Shown: positions 1 to 14,934 of the stretch, piece after piece | Position numbering within the stretch: position 1 is the stretch's first letter | How the letters are laid out: each line of letters begins with the position of its first letter | From: Octopus vulgaris | Lineage: Eukaryota | DNA length: 64,000 nt | Assembly (NCBI GenBank): GCA_951406725.2 | Contig: OX597814.1 | Coordinates: 33,046,001-33,110,000, forward strand | Direction: 5' to 3' | The notes under the pieces: generated by a model | Told to the model about the DNA's origin: nothing | Seen by the model: only the letters and a program-made list of their open reading frames with translations | Databases searched by the model: none | Position numbers and translations under genes: made by a program

Positions 1-56
1 ACCTCTGACGAGAATCAACATCCTATTAATCAAATTTCGAAATTACGTGATAATGT
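1..56 (+). ncRNA. Degenerate type I hammerhead ribozyme-like motif (probable PLE terminal-repeat remnant)
   Basis: acct-CTGACGA-gaa...ttc-GAAA-ttacgtga-TA-atgt. Both core boxes are present and stem III is near-palindromic (ACGT loop). Stem I has one mismatch and stem II is only 3 bp. Truncated by the window edge. Confidence 0.4.
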
Positions 57-223
57 TTTATCAAACTACTTCATTCTTTGGTTTTATCTCGCCGAAGAAA
101 GATTTTGTGGCTTACTGGTCGTAGTCCTGAATATTTCATGAGACTAATGATTTGGTGTGGCTGTTCGAATTATATTTTAGCTCCCATTTCTAGGAATTGT
201 AGGTGCTATTTTGCACACTCATT

Positions 224-269
<46 letters not shown>

Positions 270-286
270 TTGATAAAGAGGAGGAG

Positions 287-329
287 GGTGGAGATTTATA
301 CAAATTGGCGAAACCATACGGTATCCGCC
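287..329 (+). ncRNA. Hammerhead remnant with the CUGANGA box deleted
   Basis: Stem I ggtgga/tccgcc (6 bp) closes ...ggc-GAAA-cc-atac-gg-TA. A stem II remnant (gattt-atac-aaatt) is present but the CUGANGA box is missing. Confidence 0.4.
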
Positions 330-374
330 AGGATAATTTATACCATTCAGATGTGTGTGTGTGTGTGTGTGAAT

Positions 375-485
375 TTTTTTATGTGAATTTGTGTGTTGAA
401 TCATATTTTATTGTGTTGGCGATAGTCATTCACTTTTAATGCCTTATTATTTAACACACTCACCGGTTCGATTTCCACTCATTTA
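375..485. repeat. Dispersed repeat (second copy at about 18680-18790)
   Basis: Both sites share tatgtgaa.t.gtgtgttgaa...taatgccttattat.taacacactcaccggttcgat.tccact.att. Confidence 0.75.
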
Positions 486-549
486 TATTTTCTAAAATTT
501 TCGTTGCGTCTTGCAACCTCACAATAATGTGTGTGTGTGTGTGAATGTA

Positions 550-590
<41 letters not shown>

Positions 591-604
591 TCATACATAC
601 ATGG

Positions 605-768
605 GTGCAAGGTGGAGTAGTTATATGGTTGGAAGTTTGTATCCTGTTCGGCTTCTGGTTCAGTCGTACTGTGAGTGAATGTGGTAAACGGAAACTGAAA
701 GAAGCCTGTCGTATGCACACGCACATGCATATATATACATACATATTTACATACACACACACAATCAT

Positions 769-861
<93 letters not shown>

Positions 862-960
862 TGTATCTCAGTATGTCTGTTTGTGTTTGTCCCTAGACAC
901 TGGGCGTTGGTTTGTTTACGTCTCCGTAACGTAGCTGTTTGGCTATGTTACTACGCTCAA
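605..960 (+). mobile_element. Decayed tRNA-derived SINE (family A, same as 5750-6144) with expanded internal microsatellite
   Basis: Contains ggttcagtc, tgtgagtg..tggta.acggaaactgaaagaagcctgtcgta and gtttacgtc.ccgtaac.tagc, matching the fuller copies. Confidence 0.75.
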
Positions 961-1019
961 ACTAATAGCTGTTCGACTAAAACACTCTAGGTAGCACACC
1001 AGTCCAATATCAGAAGCAA

Positions 1020-1620
1020 ATGTATGTAAGTACTCAGATACTGAGATTCTTAGATAAGTATCTCGGTATGGTCCCCATGTCTAACTGAATAACATTAATA
1101 GACACTTAAAGATTTTTCTTATTAGTCATTCTTTGGGTCCCATAAACCATTCGAGTAAAGATTTTATTTGCAGAGATATATCTGCGTGTAGGTGGTATAA
1201 CTCAAATTTGTTGGCGATGTTCGTCTAGGACCCGTTTGGATGTTAAGATCTTTTTTATTCTCTTATGTGCTTTGGCAGAATATTAAAGTGAGTAAGGTAG
1301 CTTAAGGTGACATAATTCTGTCTTAATGTTGTGATGAAATACGAGCATGACTTTTGTAGATGACGGATGGACCAAGCCTTGGGTGAATTTTAAAGCTAAT
1401 GGCGAAATCATTTGGGAATTTTTGTTGGAATACTTTCCACAACATACAAATGATATAGAACTCACAGTGGCTTTGGAGGGAATAAAGTCTGGACTCCTCG
1501 AGACGATTTTGATAATCAAGACCTCTCATGTCGTCTGTTTTCCTTGTGTTCGATCTTTCGGCTACTTCAATTTTTACAATATTTTGTTCCGTGTAAGGAA
1601 GACCACAGCGAACAACAGGA
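1020..1620 (-). pseudogene. Possible highly decayed Penelope-like linker/GIY-YIG fragment
   Basis: Minus-strand peptides PVVRCGLPY, SVIYK and RVLDEH resemble PLE C-terminal motifs but lie in different frames. Weak. Confidence 0.25.
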
Positions 1621-1661
1621 TATAGATAGATAGATAGATAGATAGATGTACATGTATGTAT

Positions 1662-1758
<97 letters not shown>

Positions 1759-2092
1759 CATATATTCGTATACATATGTGTGTGCATATGTATGTATGTA
1801 TGTATGTATGTATGCATGTATGTATGTATGTGTAAATACACACAAGGACTCACACACACATAGTAATAGATAAAAATGCGTCAAATGACAAAGATGAGAA
1901 AGTACATACCATAAGTGCTCAGAGCAAACCAAGTGAGTAAACTCTGACACTAAGTGCAGCGATGCAAAATCTAAAGAAATAAGATTTGACGTTAAACAAT
2001 GTACTTGTCGTGATAACATAGGTAAAATAGGACAAAATATGAACAGGCAATCGCAAGGCGTAAAACCATTTTCTAGCATATCTTTATAACGT

Positions 2093-2171
<79 letters not shown>

Positions 2172-4426
2172 AACGATATATATAAATTTATATAAAATAT
2201 AGCAAAATACTAGGAAAGATCTGAAGGTGAAATTTGGTAGTAATTCGGCGTACAAGAATAAATTCCAGTTTGAGGTAGAAGAGAATTCGAGAAGTCTTTA
2301 GTGTTGATTTTCCTGGAGAGAGATGTAAAATATAATGGATCACTTGTGAGAAACTTTCACGTGATGAAAAGGATAGGTACTGGTAGTACTTACAGCTGTT
2401 TCTGGGAAAGCTGTGTATTAGATGCATTTTTTTCTACAGCAAATAGAATCGAAGTCTTATGTAGAGGGTTCATTGGACACAGTGCGAGACGACTGTTGTT
2501 ATCGCTAGGCCTAACTCATCGTAAAGTCAATACCACCATGACTGATATCCAATCTACAATGGATTTGGTTAAAAAAAGACGATGAGCGATGGCTAGAGGA
2601 TATTGAGCGTAACTTCATAATCAGCTGATCTAGCAAGCGGGGCCTCATATCAGTGAGGGGAGCCGGTGCGCATTGATGCCGTCGAGAGGTAGGCCCCGAA
2701 ACGGCGCGCATTCTCTCCTGATGACCCCATACACTTGCTGGCTTCCGGTATACGATAGCACTTGCATGTGCAAGTTGTTTGTTGTTATATGTATTTTTTT
2801 CTGACGGTAAGATGGATTACTGCAGATAAATTCACAGATCTGTATCTAATATACAATAAGAGAATTCGCGACCGCTTGCTACGCTACAATTAACAGTTAA
2901 ATGCCCTTCACTCCAGCTTCTAACTACAGTGTTATGACTGCAACCTCCCGTGGTTTTGTCATTGCCCTGATATAATATCTTTTACTTCTATAAATGTACA
3001 CAAGCGTGATTTTATGAGAAACACATATGGAAGAGGCATTTTTACCTCGCTTGTTCGTCAAAGCAAATGCTTTGTTCACTAATCCAGAAATGAACTAATA
3101 ATGGATTCACTAATCTATAAATCCTACTCACCTGGTACACGCATGGCCTGAATTCATGCATTGATAAAATCTTGCAAGCCTCCCCTAAGCAGTTCTTTAA
3201 GTTTTGTCTTATCTCGTACAAAATGCATTCAAACATAATAATAATTTTCCTGTTTGTTCACATATTTCTGTGAGAGGAAATATTCCATGTTTTCTGCATA
3301 TGTATTGTTACTCACCATCTAGTTTTAGTTTTTCGGCAGCCATAATACCGTTCAAAAGCACGCATGCATGTACATCTGTAGAAATGCATTTTAATATTAT
3401 CTTCGCTTATTTTTTGGTTATTGTGTTGCCACCATCACCACTGTTGCCTCTCCCATTGTATGAGTTGCAGACATTACAAGAGGTGTCTCTAATACTAATA
3501 GAGCTTTTATTATTATTGTGAATATTTTTCATTCAACTGCTACAGGTAATGTTGGAAATAATACTGCCATTAGGACAATTGTTAATAATACACAAAGGCT
3601 CGACTTTTAAGTAAATAACAATTAACAAAATAACTGCAAAACAACTTCGAAAAATGAAGAAATCTGTAACAATTCAGATTTCGTCTAAGACAAATATAAT
3701 GAATCAGATAGGAGCTGTGTCAATCACCTCTTTCTGCTATAAATTTAACATTCGGTACTAATAGTTATTGCTTATAATACAGGTACAAGGCCATAAATTT
3801 AGGAGAAGGGAACAGGGGCAGATAAACCACATTTTTAAAGCATATTTACAACGTTAAGGCTCATATCCAGTCGTTTCCTCCAAATTTGCAACAAATATTA
3901 ATCAGGCTTCTGAAATTGCTGTTGACTAAAAAAAAAATTCCGACGCCGACTATGAGCCCCAACAAAATGCAGATTAATCAGGTTTGAGTATACTGCACTG
4001 AGTTTTATCTGTTTTAGACCATTCTCCGACGCTAAAATATTGACAATATTTTTGCTTTATAAGTAGCGTATAATATTTCATGAAAACCTTTTTGTCCAAT
4101 TTAACAGAGGAAATAAGAACATCAAAATTTTTGTCGGCGCCATCAGTGTGTGTGTGTGTGCGGCTGGGTCAAGGTGCAATAAACCCATTCATCCATTCTC
4201 CAGACGTACCTTGTTGATGTTTTAGCATGTCCCGGCAGTATGTCTGCTTTCTCTGTCATCCACATCTGATCTATATAATGCGAAATGTTCGTACAAGAAA
4301 ACAAACTGCTGTTATGACTCAGTCATTTGAGTTTAACCGCGTGACCACTTCCAGAAGCTACACTCGCCACCTGCAATTAATCCCCCACCGTGTGTTCACT
4401 CCCTCGTTTAGTCGGACGAGTAAATA

Positions 4427-4921
4427 TAGGGTGTCCTAGAATTGATGATGACCTGAGTGAAATCGGATACACTTTTTTTTAAAACTCACTTTATTTATGT
4501 TAATCATGTTCAATATGTGTTAAAAGTGTATAAACTTTGAATTTTGTTTATGATTTTAATTTCATTCCAGTTGGACCCCTGTTATTTGTCCATGACAGCT
4601 TTTTATCAATTTGGCAGCAATCATATCCTTACCTCCACCCACAAGATGGAGAAATCTTTTAGCTGAGCTTAATGAATACATTCAGTTAGCAGTGCAGGAG
4701 CTAACTCATGAAATGCTTCAAAATGTGTTTCACAACGCTAAGGAGATATTTGAAGTATGCAGGGATTATGCAGGGATACAGATTTGTTGAAAAATTTCTA
4801 TAAAAGCTTGACTTAAATTTTATAAATCTATTTGTTTTGGTAATAAACATAAAATTCTGTCAGATTTTTTTAAAATTTGCTCAATTGCATTGAAGCAGAT
4901 GGTTAATTCTGGAACACCCTG
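4427..4921 (+). mobile_element. Internally deleted Tc1/mariner-superfamily DNA transposon
   Basis: TIRs tagggtgtcctagaatt / aattctggaacaccctg are flanked by TA on both sides. Internal peptide ELNEYIQLAVQELTHEMLQNVFHNAKEIFEVC resembles the C-terminus of Tc1/DD37D-type transposases. Confidence 0.7.
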
Positions 4922-5541
4922 TATGGTGTAGCGTTGCTAGTTGTTGCGTTGCACGAGTAAATATTAAAATCAAAGGTCTTTTCGCCGTAAACATCCCATA
5001 TTTTTGCTAAGCATATTGTATCAAGGAGTATATAAACCAAAATGTATCTCCTTTATAGGCGTGGCTGTGTGGTTGAGAAGCTTGCTTTCCAACCATGTTG
5101 CCTTGGGTTCAGTCTCACTATGCGGTACTTTGGGAAATTCTCTTTCAGTATAGCTCCATAAAATATCAAATACAACTCACTTATTTTTGTCATATAATAA
5201 ATAAAGTTTGTCTATGAAATTGACCTTTTTCCTACTTCAATTATTACATGTTTTTCTTATAAAATACACACATACAGGAGGTGTAAATCTATATATGTAT
5301 AATAATACTTTGAATGTGGCTCCCAAGAAAGAGTAAAAGTAATTGCCCGATCAACGATGGGTATTACTGCTAGTAAAACAAGAAGATGCAATAAACAGGT
5401 TTTAATTACAAATCACAACAATTGTTTTTGTGCAATAGCAACAGATGTTAGTAGCTGAGTTTTACATATCATACTCTAACAAAAATTATTTTATAATTAC
5501 ATAAATAAATATGATCTAGCAGCACCAGCTGTGTAACATAC

Positions 5542-5590
<49 letters not shown>

Positions 5591-5749
5591 GTATATATGT
5601 GTGTGTAACAAAACAAATAGTTAGGGATTATCCAGGCAAAATACTTCACAAGCTCCCTGTTGGCACATCAAACTAACAATATTACTTAGATTAGTGAAGG
5701 ACTCCAAGTAATGTTTGGTAGGGTCCCAAGTTATGGTTCATCAAAATTC

Positions 5750-6144
5750 TGGCCGTGTGGTAAGTAGCTTGCTAACCAACCACATGGTTCCGGGTTCAAT
5801 CCCACTGCGTGGCATCTTGGGCAAGTGTCTTCTGCTATAGCCCCGGGCCGATCAATGCCTTGTGAGTGGATTTGGTAGACGGAAACTGAAAGAAGCCTGT
5901 CGTATATATGTATATATATATATGTATGTATGTGTGTTTGTGTGTCTGCGTTTGTTCCCCTAGCATTGCTTGACAACCGATGCTGGTGTGTTTACGTCCC
6001 CGTCACTTAGCGGTTCGGCAAAAGGAGACCGATAGAATAAGTACTGGGCTTACAAAAAGAATGAATCCCGGGGTCGAGTTGCTCGACTAAAGGCGGTGCT
6101 CCAGCATGGCCGCAGTCAAATGACTGAAACAAGTAAAAGAGTAA
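5750..6144 (+). mobile_element. tRNA-derived SINE, family A (near full length)
   Basis: Pol III A-box-like tggccgtgtggtaa and B-box ggttcaatccc, central microsatellite, and a 3' tail ending gtaaaagagtaaa. Closely similar copies at 43756-44149 (+) and 38617-39056 (-). Confidence 0.9.
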
Positions 6145-6619
6145 ATCTCTCGATTGGCTTCAGATGAACTGGTTTTGACAATCCTGATAAGAAAACAGAG
6201 TTCTGGTGCTGAGTAGATAAGGCCCAAACACCAACCACCAAGCAGGTTCCCTTCAGTGGAGCCCAGAGTAACCACATACATTTACACAAGAATGAGAAGC
6301 CGCCACCTGCGTTTCAGTAGAGCCACCTACAAACCCGACCACTGCATTCAGGTACTGAAAAATTGTACAGTTCTGAATATAGACGTTAGGAATTTGTGTG
6401 TAGAAGTGGTTGGCAAATGGCTCACAACTTTATGTACGCAAGGCTATAATAGAAAATAAACATGTTTTACATAAGCAAAGCCATCTTTTCTACATTTTAC
6501 ATCTTATCTTTTCATCTCCTTGTTGAAATAAATCTGTGGTATTGAACAGAATATTTGCTGTAGCCCATCTTTTACATCTCACCTTCCTAGAAATCCCTAA
6601 CTTCGCAGTGCTACCGAGG

Positions 6620-8310
6620 GTGGTGGCTGGAACTGCCGGCTTGGGATAAACTCTACAAGCATGGTAGTACCGTTAGTCGTACCTGCGCAAGATGCATTCC
6701 AAGCAATGAAACCGTCCTGCACGCACTAAAGCAGTATTAGAGCATTGCTGACTTGAGTAGTTGTCAAATATTTGCTGTCCTACGTAGGACAGATCTATTT
6801 TCCGACTTCTATGTTAACCCTAACCCCTTCCTTTCGTCAAGAAGGGCTGGCAGTTTTCCTCAGTTAGGTGGCTATGACGAAATATGTTGTAACGAGGACA
6901 AAATTGCTTGGAATGCATCTCGAGCGGGTGCGACTGACGGCACTGCCATGCTTGTAGAGTTTATCCCAAAACAGGAAATTCCAACCACCAACCAGGTGGC
7001 ACCACCAGGTCAGGGATTTCTGGAAATTATCCATAAATTCGGTGCGAAATTCTTCCTTAGAAACCAAGTAGTAGATATTCATCTATACCCGGAGATTCTC
7101 CGAGGGCTTCGTCGTTTTAAACTACCACTATTCCTCTACAGAACACTATAGTGGAACATCCACCGACCGCACTGCCCGACTAACAGAGGATTGTGAGCAT
7201 TTGGTGGCATTCAATAGCATATAAACCACCCCATCTCTGTCTGCATATCAAAAAGACAAGCTGCGAGACTGTGTTTCTACGAAAAGATGACCACACGCGC
7301 TCGACGTCAAGGACGCGTCCCCTCCACAAAAAACGGAAAACGAAGGTATTCTATGAAGTGGAGCAAGGCACGATGATCAGGTGCTAGTTGCTGACGAATG
7401 CTGTCGAGGCATTCGCCACCTCTGTCCGACCATTCAGGGTTAGTTTCCTCTCAGCCCATTTCTAGGTGACACTAGCTAACTTGCTCGTCATCTTTTCCCA
7501 GTTCTTTTCCTCCTGTATGTGTGGACCAGTCTACGACCCGAGCAATTTAACCAGTCCGTCTGTCCACCGTCCAAGAAACCCCACCAGGTGCCGATCAGCT
7601 TGTCAGCAACTTTTCCAGGTTAAGTTTTTGCTTCTGCTGCCGCCTTATATTCTATTCGAGTTGTGCCGATTACCTCGATGTGTTTAATATTCGACACTGT
7701 TATGGTGACGAGGTCCACATGTGCATAGACGGATCTTCCGCGACTTAATTCTTGCGCGATGCACCACCAATTCTCCATCTTCTGTAGCAGTGGCTCTAAC
7801 ATTGGTACGTGCAAAAGTGTGAGATGGGGCACACTTTACAGACGAACTGCATATATAACGATTCGGACAGACGGTTGATTACTCAGACCACCAAGCAAAT
7901 GTCGCAATACATGGCAGGTATCCAACCTTATTTCCGGATCGAAACCATCTGCCTTCATGCAGCCGACAAATATTTGAATCTAATGAAAGATTTTCACTGA
8001 TCTAAACTGACCAAGCCTCCATCGATACTCAGCCTTTCTATGATGTATCGCGTGAATTGGAGGTTGTCACGAATTGCTATGCTTAGTTTGACGCTTGAGC
8101 CTCACCCATCAGAGTATCGGCAAGTGTCATCCGCTTAGCTACCACTTAGGTCAAAATCTTCAGATCGTCATTTAGAATAGTTATGGACTTGAAGTTGTTA
8201 AAATCATTCTCCTTCTTCGTGTCCATTTTCAGCGGCAACATCACACCACTTTTCACACGACGAAATTTTCCCATTCGGTTGCCAGTTATAGTAGACACTT
8301 GGTATATGAG
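6620..8310 (-). mobile_element. Decayed L1/Tx1-clade LINE reverse transcriptase region
   Basis: Minus-strand peptide SGVMLPLKMDTKKENDFNNFKSITILNDDLKILT matches the L1/Tx1 motif NWRPITLLNxDxKIL. It is followed by GLVSLDQ (LDxxKAFD region), CPIS (QGCPLS region) and a degenerate YADD. Many stops and frameshifts. Confidence 0.75.
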
Positions 8311-8324
8311 GATAGGCAGATGAT

Positions 8325-8380
8325 GCAGATCATCCAACCTCGGCAGATCATCCAATCTCGGCAGATCATGCAGCCTCGGC
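8325..8380. repeat. 18-bp minisatellite, 3 copies
   Basis: gcagatcatccaacctcg / gcagatcatccaatctcg / gcagatcatgcagcctcg. Confidence 0.85.
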
Positions 8381-9115
8381 GACTTCTCCATCGTGCTGTC
8401 CATCATTGCTTTGGCTTTTGGCTGCTTTTATTATTGTTTTCCTTTCAACTTTCTAGTCAAACTTTAATGTTTTCGTTAACCTTGAACACTTATATGAATC
8501 TTCACCGAGATGTACTGAATTCGTGATGCTAGAAAGGAAAATCTTAATGTATTTCACAAACTTGAATTATAGAGATAACAGCGTAAAAAAATAATCATAA
8601 TAATATTAATAATATTGATTAAGATAAGGCAGCTGATAATGATAACAAAGCAGCTAAAACAATGTCAGAAAATAGATAAAGATAAATGAGGGAAAGAGAA
8701 GAAAATGGAGGTAGCTTGAGTGTATAAAGAAATTGGGGTGCATTATGAAGTTTTCCAGTTGGATATTGGCATCTGAGGTTAAAATAAGTAAAAGCAAGCA
8801 CAGATGGGAGAAAAAAAAGGAGGATATAAATGAAGAAATTTCAATAAAATATATTAATACTATGACATACAGGATGACAATTTTTTTATTTTAAAAGAAA
8901 TGAAGAAAAAGCAATTTGCGTAGAAGAGATATAGGAGAAATATATTTAAATTAAATATATTGATAAGACTGCTAGTGGTAAAAATGTACGTTTTAAGATA
9001 TTTGTGGAGAAAACTGAAGCAGAACAAAAGCGGTAAGCTCCCTTACATGTAGCCAGAGCTAGCAAGCTTCATGCAGATGTCTACATATGCGTGAGTGTGT
9101 GTGTATATATATATG

Positions 9116-9147
<32 letters not shown>

Positions 9148-9203
9148 TGTATCTATATATATGTATAAATATATGTATATATATATAATATATATATATG
9201 TAC

Positions 9204-9299
<96 letters not shown>

Positions 9300-9454
9300 G
9301 AAGGAATTCTAAATTACGCTGTAATTCTCATTCATTTGCTGAAAGGTATTTTTCAATTCAGCTCACTTCAATTTTACTCTTCTTTAGAATCAGTCGGATA
9401 CAGCTTCAGAATTTCATCTTATATTTTATTCCACATACATACATACATACATGC

Positions 9455-9501
<47 letters not shown>

Positions 9502-9954
9502 ATAACTAATATCGTTTATTTCATTTTATGTCTGTTATTTGTATATTTTGTTGTTATCGTTGTTGTTGTCTTTTTTTTTTTTTTGGCAGAATGGAAAATC
9601 ACATGTAAATCATTAATGTTCTTGAAATCACTTCTACTACTATATGGATGGATCCTGGGGGCCAATACAGTGTGACTTGCTTTTAACATGATTGTTTCCC
9701 AATGAAAACAACATCGCCGCTAGTCTTCTTTGTAATTAGTGGACGTACCACCTCGAAACGCTAGTCAATAATTTTATATTTCCGACGGGCACTTTGATTA
9801 GAGTTTTGTCAATTTCCCATATATGGAATGTCAAAGCAGCACAATATAAACAATTTGTTTTAATGTAAAACCTAACCTTCCAGACAGAATCTTACTTAGG
9901 TAACGGATATATATTTCCCCGCAGTTTTCTTATTAGTTGTTATAAAGAAGAGAT

Positions 9955-10765
<811 letters not shown>

Positions 10766-12269
10766 TTATTATTAGTAGTAGTGGTAGTATTTATGGAATC
10801 ATTATTGATATTCTTAGAATATAACTATACTAAAGTCCACAAACAGTGTGATGAAACATAATCGTGACATATTTTAATAAGCAAAAAGATTTCGTAAAAT
10901 GCCTGGCTATAACAAATTGTCTTGAGACGAGTATATTACTGGTACGCATTTTATTGAAACAAAGCACCTTCGTTTGGATTGCATCGCCAAAAACAAAATA
11001 GGATACCATATAATATTATTTTCTACAGTTTTGCCCAGATCATTTCCTAATAATCGGTTATGGTTGACTTTTGTTCTTTCTCTATATCTAAGCTCGACTT
11101 CCCTGCGTCATATCTCTCTAAGTTCTCCAAACATTCAGAAATACTTCCCCCAGTAAACTGCAGCGAGACCTAAGTCTACAGTAAGTGCTTTCACGCTTTT
11201 ATACAATTATTGAACGCACTTAAAGTATTCTGGTAGGTACCAAGGGAATTTCAAATTGACCAATCAGAAACCAACATTTACAGTCGCTTTAGGCACCATG
11301 AAACTGGAATGTGCTATTGGATTCTGATTGATTGGCATTGTTTTCTGTGGAGACCAAAACGTATTTCTACTGTTTTACCACGCCCTAACATCACCCTTGG
11401 CAAATTTAGCCATGGGTTGACTTGCAATAACTTGACAGAAACTTATGGCAATCCGTTCGCCACTAAACGTTAGTCAATAACTTTATATTTCCTACGGCTA
11501 GTTTCGATAGAAAGGAAACATGCAGCTCTGGAATAGTGAATTTTGTTGATGCTTCTTTAGACTCCAGCCGAAACATATCAAATAGTAGAAAAGGTTGTTG
11601 TTTTTATTTTGTCAATTGCAATTCTTGTTCACATGCCCTATTAATAATGAAGTCGCAACCACACTGTGCCGTCTATTTACTTACAAACCATAGAATGGAT
11701 ATCTGCATTGTTAAACAACTGCTTAATCTCCACTTTGCATTTTCTTGTATTCCCTTGCTAGAACTGCTCTTTCCTCTTCGAAATACTGTGGATTTACTCA
11801 GATTTTTCTCTCCTTTTTTTCTTCGGTTGCACTGTTGCTGTAACCGAAAGTTTTTTTTTTATATCTAAATGAACTGCAGCGTGGAAATAAGCGATCAAAA
11901 GATGTTCAGTTGAACGCATATTCCGTGGTAATTTTCTATCTAAGACTGGAGTTTGGCTAAGCTCATTGATTCTGTACACGAAATCTCTTCAAATCTCTCA
12001 GCTAATACTGCAGAGGTAGTGTAAGGTAGCTAATGTTTGAGCTGTATAATGTAGATTAGGCAGAAATTCTCGAGTGGAGTCATTATTTATTGAGGCGTTC
12101 CCCATGATAGTCACGGTTTTATAATGTTGTTAGCTTCTAAAGTAGAGTAAATAAAAAAAACTTCAACTATATGACCATAATGAGAATAAACTTCATGAGA
12201 ATAAACATCAATGAGAATAAACTTGAATAAGTTTGTGTTCCTTTAAACACAAATTATTGATAAAGCAGG

Positions 12270-12620
12270 AGCACTAAGAGAGCACAAACCTCCGCCAAGA
12301 CAACACCAACATCTTCTCAAAGACTAGCCAGAGATGATCTTTAAAATGAGAATATCTGAACGAGATATTCTCACAAACGAGAATACTAAAAATGAACCGA
12401 ACTGCTCTCAAAAATTAAGTAAAAAAACAAACAAACAGGAAAAGCAATCCAGAATCCTTGTCCGGTGCCAAATCGATCCCAAAATATAATCAGTTCGTGC
12501 CAGTCACGAGGCCAAACATCCCTGAAAGTTTCATCCGAGTCCATTCTGCAGTTCTTGAGATATCTTGTCCACAGACAAACAAACAAACACGACTGAAAAC
12601 AATAAAGCGAGGTAACAAAG
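12270..12620. mobile_element. Helentron-associated (HINE-like) non-autonomous element, decayed
   Basis: aaacctccgccaag near one end, aaagtttcat...gagatatc..acagacaaacaaacaaac internally, and gaggtaacaa at the other end. A related end fragment (tacctcc...ggaggttatgttttcatcggcg) sits at about 17187-17250. Classification by resemblance only. Confidence 0.5.
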
Positions 12621-13651
12621 GACCAATCGTGTACCTGGGTCGAAGTTAACGACAAATCTCTTCTACTCAAAATTACTGCTAAATATTATTTCGGATGTTT
12701 AGCTGGAGTTTAGTTAAATGTCATTCAAGAGACTAAGAGATGCAAATGATGACTTTGGTACGAATTAACGTAAATATAGATCATTATTTGCACATAAAAC
12801 GCTAAATCTAGTGAAGAAATGAATTACCTGGAACTAGCGACTTTGTGTGAGCACCACGGGATCGGATCATCGACTATAATCACATATCTTAAAGAAGTAA
12901 AAGAAAAAAAACAATTTTAAAGTTTCTTTTTCTTTTGCCTTTTTTTTTTGCAGAAAATGTAAATCAGAAACATTTAAAGTTTGGAGAACCTATAGCCCTC
13001 AAAAATAAGCTGGCTTTGTCTGAGAGAAAAGATTCAAAAGAAGCTCTAGCAGTTCTTGAATGGTAATTGCTATGTTTATTAACCCGAGGGCCTTTAAAGT
13101 GATGGAAATTCATTAACACATTAGCCGGGCTAATTGAATTGTATGGATAAGATCTAAGATTTTCTTGAATGATTTGGAAATTGATAAAGACTTGATTTAG
13201 AATAGTTTAGAAATAAATAATAATATTTATAAATTATAGCTCCTTTATTCTTGATATTTGATAAACACTCCGAAGTAAATGTCAATGTTCCCGTGTTTCA
13301 CAAACTGCACTTCTGTAATTCAGTCCTGTGATCATTGCATATTGCACTGCATGAATTTGAGTTTCCAACAGATTTCCTGAAGTAATTGAATTTAGAGTGC
13401 ATGGTATGATCACTAGCGTTTTCCTTGGCTATAAGCGTTTACTTACAATTGTTGAGAAAATTACAATGGAAATTGGCTTGCACGAACCATGGCTCAGCCT
13501 AAAAAAGTTTCGATACCCAGAAAGACTGAACTTAGCTTCCAAGGATTAGTGATAAAAAATGATGAAACAATTGATTGAGTAAGCTAAGATATGGGGAATG
13601 CAAGTTTGCTAACCTTTTGTACCCACTTCTAATATCATCTAATCCACAGTG

Positions 13652-14030
13652 TCAGCTTGTATCCAAGATACCATTCCAATCCCCATTCCAATCCCCAACT
13701 AACGCTAAATAGTGGTACGTTTCAAGGAAACAGTCAAGATGCCCAAACAAATATTTTCGCACTGCTCCTGTTGAGGTGTAGTCGACTACTAGTCGGAAGG
13801 TATGACCTTTGTTCTTGGTCACGTTCAGGACCATCGATTTGCCTTCTGGAGAAAGGAAGGCACTTCATATTGCGAAATCCACACATGTCCGAAACAACAC
13901 AGTGCTGTTGTCTTCCAATCCTGACCGACTTAGAGATGTGTATATATCGCATCTGTCGAGGAATGGTGTGAAGGCTCGTGCCTCGGAAATTTTGTTCTCG
14001 CTGAACGCCACCACAGCATGTCTACTGGCT
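13652..14030 (-). mobile_element. Apurinic-endonuclease domain fragment of an L1/Tx1-type LINE
   Basis: Peptide TFRLVVDYTSTGAVRKYLFGHLDCFLETYHYLALVGDWNG(DWNG)ILD matches the APE motifs RLVxVYAP...FF..L and GDWN; includes a 12-bp internal duplication. Confidence 0.7.
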
Positions 14031-14934
14031 TGAGGTCGTTGAACAGACGGCCTTGATTTCAAGGCGACTAAAGACCAAGTGTAATTACACTGCTAATTCT
14101 CAGTAAGGCCATGTTGGATGAGATTGCATCGCTTATCTTATTCATGTGTTTACACCCGTAAACTTGTGTATATTCTTTTGTAATTGTCCATTGAAAATCC
14201 AACGTTTCATCGGAATATTTCGCTTTAAGTGAGTTGTTTTTATTTTTTTTACAATTTGTATATTTGTTGGTGTGATGTAGTCATTAGTGTAATATTTGCA
14301 TGTTGATGTACATAGTTCGTAAACTCTGGTATGTGTCTGTATCACCATGCAGTTTATGATGTCTCGTTGCGAGTGTCGTTCTTATTTTTCGTTTGGGTGT
14401 AAATTTGGTTTGCGTTGCGTTTACAGTGTTGACGTTGTCGGGAGTAGTAGAAATAGTGGAATTGATGTTTACATTGTACAGTTTTCAATCTATGTCCCTT
14501 CAAGTCTCTGAGATTTTTTGTAGGCACAGGCTTTGTCCTTTTAGCTCTTTATCTCCGTTCTTGCAGAACATTTTCCCATTTTTTTTGTAATTTATTCATA
14601 AGAAATATTTGATGAAGCAAATTGATGAATCATTTCCAAGATCTGCAAGAAGTTGAGAATAATGAAGTAATTTTCATTTATTTATTTATTTTTATTTAAT
14701 TTAGCTTTTCGTTTGCAAAAATGAAATTACGGCAAATTGTGGTGTTACTGCATTTGTGATCGTTATTGAATTAATTTAAGTGAATATTAGCGAATAACAT
14801 TTTAGAATTAATATTTCAATTTATTTCTATTCCCAGTGGTACAGCTTCCCTCTGAAATAATAATAATATACATTTCATACAATAACTCATGGAACTGCGA
14901 AATTATATTCTTACCTAGTATTAGGAAGTATCTA

